From Desulfobacterales bacterium (GTDB lineage Bacteria; Desulfobacterota; Desulfobacteria; Desulfobacterales; JAFDDL01), in contig CAXXXZ010000002.1 in the NCBI GenBank assembly GCA_963675725.2, positions 4,042,611 to 4,074,610 of the forward strand: a DNA stretch of 32,000 nucleotides. The letters are read 5' to 3'. The position numbers and the translations under genes were made by a program. Of the stretch, positions 1-6,021 are shown piece after piece (positions within the stretch are counted from its first letter, which is position 1; every line of letters starts with the position of its first letter). The notes beneath the pieces were generated by a model, which saw only the letters and a list, made by a program, of their open reading frames with translations, did no database searches and was not told the origin of the DNA.

Positions 1-1275
1 GCCCGGTCGAGCCAGGCCTCTGTGGACGCCATTCTTGAGTCCCTCGACTGGCTCGGCATTGATTGGGACCGAGGGCCTTTTTTTCAATCGCATCGCCTGG
101 ATATTTATAAGGAGCATATTCAACGGCTCCTTGATACCGGCCATGCCTATTATTGCACCTGCACACCGGACGAGGTGGAGGCCATGCGGAAAAAGGCCAT
201 GGCCACCGGTGGGAAACCCAAATATGATGGGACCTGCCGCAACAAAGGGATCACAGACCCGACGAATGCCGTGGTCCGCTTTGCCGCGCCCCTGGCTGGC
301 ACCACGATATTGCGGGATGAAATCAAGGGCAGCATCAGTTTTCAAAATGACGAGCTCGATGATTTTGTGATTTGTCGCAGCGATGGCACCCCCACCTATC
401 ATCTGGCGGTGGTGGTGGATGATATTACCATGGGTATCAATACGGTCCTTCGGGGGGACGATCATGTCAACAACACCCCCAAACAGATGCTTCTGTTCAA
501 GGCCCTTGGGGCCGACGTGCCAACCTTTGCCCATGTCCCGATGGTGCTGGGGGCGGACCGGACCCGTCTCAGTAAACGGCATGGGGCCACGTCTGTGCTG
601 GCCTACAAGGAACAGGGAATTTTACCGGACGCCCTGATTAACTTTTTGGTCAGACTCGGATGGTCCCACGGGGACCAGGAGTTTTTTACCCGGGATGAAC
701 TGGTGGAAAAGTTCAGTCTCAAAAACATCGGCCGGTCTGCCGGGATTTTCAATCCAGACAAGCTCCTGGCCCTGAATGCGGACCATATCAAGGCCGCTTC
801 GCCTGATGCATTGACCGCTCACCTGCTTCCGTTTTTGGCCCAGCGGGACATTGACCCTGATGCTGGCCCGGACCTTGGCAAGGCCATTGCTACCCTTCAG
901 AGCAGGAGCAAAACACTGGATGAGATGGCCCAGGGACTGACCTTTTATTTTACTGAAATTACCAGTTATGAGGAGAAAGGGGCCAAAAAGCTTTTCAAGG
1001 AAAGTGCGCTGCCCGCCCTTGATCTGTTGACGGAAAAAATCAAGGCCTTGGATGTGGTAACTGAAAAGAGTCTGGAGCCGGTGTTTCTGGCTGTCATGGA
1101 AGAAACAGGCCTCAAGCTCGGCAAAATTGCCCAGCCGCTGCGCCTGGCCCTGACCGGTTCCACCGTGAGTCCCGGCATTTTTGAGATTATTGAAGTCCTT
1201 GGAAAGGAAAAGACCCTTGAACGGCTTGAGGCGGCCAAGGCGGAGATACTCAAAAGGGGATCTGATGAGGGATAG
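1..1275 (+). CDS. gltX: Glutamyl-tRNA synthetase (GluRS), C-terminal ~424 aa; the 5' end lies upstream of the window
   Basis: Frame 1 is open from nt 1; the track ORF 22..1275 only marks the first in-window start. The translation has class-I GluRS hallmarks: 'PTYHLAVVVDD', a KMSKS-type loop 'RLSKRHG', a Cys-rich knuckle 'YYCTCTPDE...DGTCR', and a helical anticodon-binding C-terminus. Confidence 0.93.
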   Translation, partial: ARSSQASVDAILESLDWLGIDWDRGPFFQSHRLDIYKEHIQRLLDTGHAYYCTCTPDEVEAMRKKAMATGGKPKYDGTCRNKGITDPTNAVVRFAAPLAGTTILRDEIKGSISFQNDELDDFVICRSDGTPTYHLAVVVDDITMGINTVLRGDDHVNNTPKQMLLFKALGADVPTFAHVPMVLGADRTRLSKRHGATSVLAYKEQGILPDALINFLVRLGWSHGDQEFFTRDELVEKFSLKNIGRSAGIFNPDKLLALNADHIKAASPDALTAHLLPFLAQRDIDPDAGPDLGKAIATLQSRSKTLDEMAQGLTFYFTEITSYEEKGAKKLFKESALPALDLLTEKIKALDVVTEKSLEPVFLAVMEETGLKLGKIAQPLRLALTGSTVSPGIFEIIEVLGKEKTLERLEAAKAEILKRGSDEG

Positions 1276-1310
1276 TGTTCTGTCTTAAATGAAATAACGC
1301 AGAATTCCTA

Positions 1311-1339
1311 TTGACTCGAATCCATCTTTTTTATATGAA
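1311..1339 (+). promoter_or_regulatory. Candidate sigma70-type promoter for tRNA-Gln
   Basis: TTGACT (1311-1316), 17-nt spacer, TATGAA (1334-1339). The predicted start is about 10 nt before the tRNA 5' end at 1357. Pattern match only. Confidence 0.35.
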
Positions 1340-1356
1340 AAATGGAAAATTGACAC

Positions 1357-1430
1357 TGGGAGATCGTCCAGCGGCAGGACTACGGACTCTGACTCCGTCA
1401 ACCAAGGTTCGAATCCTTGTCTCCCAGCCA
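1357..1430 (+). tRNA. tRNA-Gln (anticodon CUG), CCA encoded
   Basis: Hand-folded cloverleaf. Acceptor TGGGAGA/TCTCCCA, D-stem GTCC/GGAC, anticodon stem ACGGA/TCCGT with loop CT-CTG-AC, T-arm CAAGG-TTCGAAT-CCTTG, discriminator G then CCA. The U1:A72 pair is typical of bacterial tRNA-Gln. Confidence 0.9.
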
Positions 1431-1440
1431 AGCAAATTCA

Positions 1441-1476
1441 AGGGGTTACGGCAAATTTCACCGTAACCCCTTTTTG
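1441..1476 (+). terminator. Rho-independent terminator after tRNA-Gln
   Basis: Perfect 11-bp stem AGGGGTTACGG (1441-1451) / CCGTAACCCCT (1461-1471), 9-nt loop, followed by TTTTT. Confidence 0.8.
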
Positions 1477-1808
1477 CGTCTCCGGTCCTTTTGGGATGTA
1501 TGAGGTGAAACCTTGGATTTTTTTGCGTTTTTTATGGAAATCTCACCCTTGGAACCTGGCCTCACATATCCAAAAACGAGTAAGCACCTCATAAGTCCAA
1601 AAATATGGGTCAATGGAGTTTTGGACATTATGTGACATCGCCCCCCCATCCATTATTCCCATTTTAATGCTTATAACGGATATAGGATTAGCCAATGCCC
1701 GTTAACATCCTTTTCAATGAAACACGATTGTGATAAATTTTGGGAGTCATCTTTTTTAGCATAAGAATATAGCTGATGCGGTCCGGTAAGCTCACAGTGG
1801 AGGTTCTA

Positions 1809-2156
1809 ATGAAAAAGCTGTTTCTTGTCCTACTTGTCATCTACAGTTTAAATGGTTGCGCTGCAAAATACGCACATCAGTACCCTCTTCATTCCGCTGC
1901 ATATAATGGCAATACATCGCAGCTTCAAACCTGGATAAAATCGGGAGCCCCCATAGACGAGGTAGACGACGCCGGCATGACACCTTTTTTACATGCTGTT
2001 TCTTCGTGTGATCCGGAAATGGCAACAATAATGATAACTAATGGAGCAAATGTAAATGCCATAACAGATGACGGTTTGACAGCACTACATTATGTTGTTC
2101 TATCATGCTCGGATTCACCGGAAAAAGCTTTGACTCTAACAAATCTGAAGTTTCCA
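1809..2156 (+). pseudogene. Ankyrin-repeat lipoprotein, N-terminal fragment interrupted by an IS element
   Basis: GGAGG sits 5 nt upstream of ATG 1809. Signal peptide with lipobox 'VIYSLNGC'. ANK-like repeats 'PLHSAAYNGNTSQLQTWIKSGAPIDEVDDAGMTPFLHAV' and 'DGLTALHYVV'. Beyond ~2156 the track ORF (1776..2240) runs antisense through the transposase 3' end and loses ANK character. Confidence 0.65.
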
Positions 2157-3706
2157 AAAAAAGTTAAGCAGCCATGCGCAGCATTACTGCCACAAACGAA
2201 TTTACGACAGAAATACGCGGCACCGGGAAAAGTCTACTAAAATTATCTTCCATTGCCGCTTGGGTAATTGATCTTCTGACATCCGAGAAGGCAAAATAGC
2301 GCCGCCCCTTGACGGCGTGCCGTCGTTTGGGGGTTTTTGCGATCCGGTCGGCATAAATCCATGCCACGGAAGCAGCCATCATGCAAAAGTTTAGATGGTT
2401 GCTGACAGCCTGCGGATGTCTGGTTTGCGTTTCGGCACTGCCGATATCGCGCTTGAGTTCTTTGAACAAGGCTTCGATCTTCCAGCGAGCGCCATAGTAG
2501 GCGATGATTTGCTGCACTGAAAGGGTCAGGTCGGTTGAATATAGCGCTATCCACTGACTTTGACGATAGACCCAGACCACCTTGACTGCACAGCGGATTG
2601 TTTTGAGCGTGACCACGCGCTCGTAGGCCACTACGGTGCGCTCGCGGCCATACAAGTTGACAGTATATTCGCTGGCCAACGATTTGAATTCACCAGCCAG
2701 TGACGCTGCCGTACCCAGTTTTGCGCCGTATTTACGCGGTCGTCCTGCTCGGCGGTTACCTTTAGGGCAAGGTAACTCGAAGATGTTGTTATTGGATCGC
2801 AGCCGAGAGAGCAAATTCACACGTCGGCCCAGTTGATGCCGCAATGGTTTGAACAAACCGTTGTTGCCGAACCATGAATCGGTGACCACGGTAATGGGGG
2901 CAGCAGAAAATACGGCCGCTATTGCTGTGATCATTGTGGCAGCCTGCTCGAGCTTGCTCTCAAAGGTCAGCTTTGGCCCTTTATTATCGCGATTGATCTG
3001 TTCAACGCTTTTTTTCAGATGATAGAACCGGTAGTTGAGCGGCAGACAGGCCCAACGTCCCTTAACGATTTTCAGTAGTCCCACAGCTACGATATTTTGC
3101 GCCCAGGGATATTTGGACTGATTCTGTTTGGCGGCATGATCAAAGATGTTGGCACAGCCGAAAACCTTCTTGCCGGATTTGGGGTTGATATAATCATCGA
3201 GAGCCAGGAGCAGGCGGCCATCGGTCAAGGGATTGTCAATCATTTGCCAAAGCCTTTGCCACAATCGTTGCCATGGAATTTTGGGTGATGCCATGAAGGT
3301 GTAAAAGCGTTTTTTGCCGATACCTGTAATTCCAAAAAGCGTTTGAAGACATCGAAGTATGTTGGACGTTTTCGATGAAGTAAACGGCACCAGGATAGCC
3401 ATGATTGTATAGATAAACCAACTACCGCGTTCATGGCCCTTGCGTGAGTTGGCAAATTCGCTTTTGAGATTGGTAAGTATTTCGTGTAATGTAAACATGC
3501 GAGGCTCCGAGTTTGAGTGGAAGTTTGTTTGGGCAAAATAAACCTACCACAATCGGGCCTCGCAATCAACCCTAACTTACTGAATTCATAATACTTATAG
3601 TAATTTTTAGCAAAATGTCGGTTCGATATTATCAATAATTTCAGCATGTTACGAACGACCCCTGTTTTGCTAACTATTTGTTTTGATTGATTATTTGTGC
3701 GGTCGA
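2157..3706 (-). mobile_element. IS4-family (sensu lato) insertion sequence, ~1.55 kb; ends approximate (about +/-10 bp)
   Basis: A single DDE transposase gene plus a ~200-nt untranslated leader (3499-3706) lies inside an ankyrin gene. It is flanked by an imperfect direct repeat GAAGT-TTCCA (2147-2156) / GAAGTACTTCCA (3707-3718) in the same codon phase. Terminal inverted repeats could not be defined convincingly. Confidence 0.7.
2164..3498 (-). CDS. DDE transposase, IS4-type with intact YREK signature
   Basis: 444-aa ORF. Candidate catalytic residues lie in 'LLLALDDYINP', 'ITVVTDSWFG' and 'YYGARWKIEALFKELK', the last matching the Y-x2-R-x3-E-x6-K motif of IS4-like enzymes. Confidence 0.85.
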   Translation of the reverse strand: MFTLHEILTNLKSEFANSRKGHERGSWFIYTIMAILVPFTSSKTSNILRCLQTLFGITGIGKKRFYTFMASPKIPWQRLWQRLWQMIDNPLTDGRLLLALDDYINPKSGKKVFGCANIFDHAAKQNQSKYPWAQNIVAVGLLKIVKGRWACLPLNYRFYHLKKSVEQINRDNKGPKLTFESKLEQAATMITAIAAVFSAAPITVVTDSWFGNNGLFKPLRHQLGRRVNLLSRLRSNNNIFELPCPKGNRRAGRPRKYGAKLGTAASLAGEFKSLASEYTVNLYGRERTVVAYERVVTLKTIRCAVKVVWVYRQSQWIALYSTDLTLSVQQIIAYYGARWKIEALFKELKRDIGSAETQTRHPQAVSNHLNFCMMAASVAWIYADRIAKTPKRRHAVKGRRYFAFSDVRRSITQAAMEDNFSRLFPVPRISVVNSFVAVMLRMAA

Positions 3707-4166
3707 GAAGTACTTCCACTTCATGCCGCCACTAAAAAAATGGGAAACTTCAGTAACAAATGAGTTGCTTGATAAAGGGTTCGATTTGTCCACCACTGAC
3801 AAAAATGGACACACAGCTTTTTGGACGGCCATGGAATATCAATTGGTGGAAATGGTCGCTCTACTTCGTAAAAAAGGCGTGAAGGAAAGATTTAGGGATG
3901 GATCCACTAACGGTTTTGATGAAACACTCCGACAACCGGCTTTTTATACACCACCTTGCGACGATTATGACATCCCTGAAGGTCAGGAATACAATTATCA
4001 GCTGGCAATTGGTGACTGCAACCATTTAGTCGTCCCCCATAGAACAGCCCAACTCTATACTTTTGGACCAATTGGATATGCTGTCGGGGTTCTTAAGGAC
4101 AAACACACGGTGCCTGAAAAGCACCACGAATGTATGGAGAAAATGGGATTTCGGAGAGTTAAGTAA
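3707..4166 (+). pseudogene. Ankyrin-repeat protein, C-terminal fragment (continuation of 1809..2156)
   Basis: ANK-like 'YFHFMPPLKKWETSVTNELLDKGFDLSTTDKNGHTAFWTAMEYQLVEMVALLRKKG'. There is no ATG, RBS or signal peptide of its own (the track start is a TTG at 3687). Removing the IS and one repeat copy joins it in frame to the N-terminal fragment. Confidence 0.6.
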
Positions 4167-4233
4167 AAGGCAAAAGTGTTCATAAGTCAAAACCTTGTTT
4201 TTCCTGTAATGGAAACGCCTCTCTAAGCAGGAA

Positions 4234-4512
4234 CTACGATAGCATTTTGTGTTTACCCGCAGCTAAATAAAAAACTGATGCGACAATACCTACCAGCCCA
4301 ACCCGGGCTACTTTTCCATCGAGAATTTTACGGTCAAGGTACGTATGATGCGCAAAGTAATTCCTTAACATACCAAATGTAAGTAATTGTGTCGCGAATT
4401 CCCTACTCGGTCCTGGCCTGCAGGCTGTTTCCACGCCTTTCCTTATTGCATCGAATGGATCGCCTGGTCTTTGTTTTAAGTTGGTAAGCTCTTTCCATTT
4501 AGTAATGGCTAT
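4234..4512 (-). pseudogene. C-terminal fragment of a HEPN-like (Abi_2/AbiD-F-like) protein, truncated by IS insertion
   Basis: Contains 'GMLRNYFAHHTYL', an R-x4-H HEPN-type motif resembling the RNxxAHH signature of Abi_2 proteins. The first 12 codons of the track ORF (4548..4513, 'MSFYANFNRTLL') lie inside the left end of the adjacent IS, so the start is chimeric. Confidence 0.4.
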
Positions 4513-4529
4513 CAGTAGTGTCCGGTTAA
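4513..4529 (+). repeat. Left terminal inverted repeat of the 4513..5843 IS
   Basis: CAGTAGTGTCCGGTTAA. The reverse complement of 5827-5843 is CATTAGTGTCCGGTTAA, one mismatch. Confidence 0.85.
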
Positions 4530-4660
4530 AGTTTGCATAAAAGCTCATAACAAATTGAATATATGTCGAAAAGTTACTAATTCATGGGGGTACCCATTTG
4601 ATTTTTCCTCAATAGCCCAATATGACCCTACGCAGGGACTAATTGCGAAGGGAGATGGGC

Positions 4661-5830
4661 ATGCATCAAGGAAGAATCGTATTTTCACAGGTCTTGGATT
4701 TTCTGCCTCGAAAACAATTTCGCAAATGTGTAAGCCGGTATCGAGGCAACCATCGGACTCGCTCTTTTACATGTTATGATCAATTTCTTTGCATGGCTTT
4801 CGGTCAATTGGCTTATCGTGAAAGTCTTCGAGACACGGTTTTATGTCTACGGGCCATGTGAGAAAAACTGCACCACGTTGGCATCCAGGGTAAAGTCTCA
4901 CGCAGCACGCTATCGGATGCGAACGAAAAGCGGAACTGGCGAATCTATTGTGATTTTGCTCAGGTGCTGATCGGCAAGGCCCGGAAGCTCTATGCTGATG
5001 ATGACTTCGGCCTTCAGTTGAGTGAAACCGTTTACGCATTGGACTCCTCGACAATTGATCTATGCCGTTCGATTTTTCCATGGGCTCGTTTCCGTACGAC
5101 CAAAAGTGGCGTCAAACTCCATACGCTGCTCGATTTGAGGGGGAATATTCCCACATTCGTTTCGGTCACGGATGCAAAGGTTCATGATGTCAATATTCTG
5201 GATCAATTGATACCGGAACCCGGTGCCATTTATGTCATGGATCGTGCGTATCTCGATTTTGCACGTCTCAATAAATTGAACTGTGAGGCATCCTTTTTCA
5301 TTCTACGGGCGAAAAGTAATACACAGCTCAAAAGAATTTACTCCTCACCGGTGGATAAATCGACTGGCGTGTTTTGTGACCAAACTGTGAAGTTGGCCAA
5401 CAAAGACAGTGCCGAAGATTATCCGAACAAATTGAGAAAGATCCGGTATTATCACCAGGAAAGCCGCAAACGTTTTGTTTTCCTGACGAACAATTTCACA
5501 TTGGATGCGATAACCATAGCCGATTTGTATAGATGCCGTTGGCAAGTGGGACTATTTTTCAAATGGATCAAACAGCATCTAAAAATCAAATCGTTTTTCG
5601 GGATTTCTGAAAATGCAGTGAAGACTCAAATCTGGATTGCCATATCAGTTTACGTTCTGGTGGCTATCCTGAAAAAAGAACTGAAGCTCGAACAGAGCCT
5701 CTACACAATTCTACAGATTTTGAGCATTACTCTTTTTGAGAAAATCCCCATTTTACAAGCGTTCACAGAGAATGATTACACAACAAAAATTACTAGTGGA
5801 CATATCCAACTGAATTTATTTGATTCTTAA
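4661..5830 (+). pseudogene. IS4-family transposase with an in-frame TGA and a mutated catalytic Glu
   Basis: Track ORFs 4643..4861 and 4964..5830 are in the same frame. They are separated only by TGA at 4859-4861 ('...SLRDTVLCLRAM*EKLHHVGIQGKVSRSTLSDANEKRNWRIYCDFAQVLIGKARKLY...'). AGGGAG lies 7 nt before ATG 4661. The YREK motif reads 'YRCRWQVGLFFKWIK', with Gly (GGA, 5549-5551) where the catalytic Glu is expected. Confidence 0.85.
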
Positions 5831-5843
5831 CCGGACACTAATG
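5827..5843 (-). repeat. Right terminal inverted repeat of the 4513..5843 IS
   Basis: TTAACCGGACACTAATG, 16/17 inverted match to 4513-4529. It overlaps the transposase stop codon (5828-5830). Confidence 0.85.
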
Positions 5844-5982
5844 TCTTGAAATGATAGATAAAAAACACTAGAATGTCTAGACTGTTTGTAACATGCTGTT
5901 ATTATTTATATTCACATCGCCCGTTTTGCTAGACCTATTTTTTTGGAACACTCCCCTTACTTTCTCATAGGCGAGTTCGACA

Positions 5983-6021
5983 CAGCCGGAAGCTGGTGAT
6001 CAGCCCGGTGGTGCGCCTTTA
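5983..6021 (+). repeat. Copy A of a ~40-nt intergenic repeat
   Basis: CAGCCGGAAGCTGGTGATCAGCCCGGTGGTGCGCCTTTA aligns to the reverse complement of 25601-25640 with 34 matches in 40 columns, including a 15-nt exact core TGATCAGCCCGGTGG. It ends on the hypF stop codon on the opposite strand. Confidence 0.75.

Larger units (their letters stand above)
4513..5843 (+). mobile_element. IS4-family insertion sequence (DUF4372-type N-terminus plus DDE domain), 1331 bp, inactivated copy
   Basis: Terminal inverted repeats CAGTAGTGTCCGGTTAA (4513-4529) and TTAACCGGACACTAATG (5827-5843) match 16/17, giving 5'-CA...TG-3' termini. They enclose one transposase reading frame. No target-site duplication is visible in the flanks. 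Confidence 0.85.

Noticed and set aside
1458-1649. 63-aa minus-strand ORF downstream of tRNA-Gln, and a search for an integrase remnant or a duplicated tRNA 3' end (att site) in 1477-1775 and 5844-6018.
   Set aside because: The ORF overlaps the terminator and has no RBS or recognisable motifs. No copy of the tRNA-Gln 3' segment was found, so no att-type boundary can be claimed.
2155-2170. Candidate terminal inverted repeat of the first IS (2155-2170 versus 3684-3699).
   Set aside because: Only 11 of 16 positions match and both arms are A/T-rich. The arms also sit at different distances from the flanking direct repeat. It is kept only as an alternative boundary.
3236-3275. 'PWQRLWQRLWQ' tandem repeat in the first transposase, considered as recent slippage.
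   Set aside because: The repeated Arg and Leu codons differ (CGA TTG versus AGG CTT). It is therefore an old protein-level feature, not a recent DNA duplication.
4859-4861. In-frame TGA in the transposase as a selenocysteine or programmed read-through codon.
   Set aside because: No stable hairpin resembling a bacterial SECIS lies 10-40 nt downstream. Homologs have an ordinary residue here, and the same gene also carries a catalytic E-to-G change. A nonsense mutation in a decaying copy is more parsimonious.
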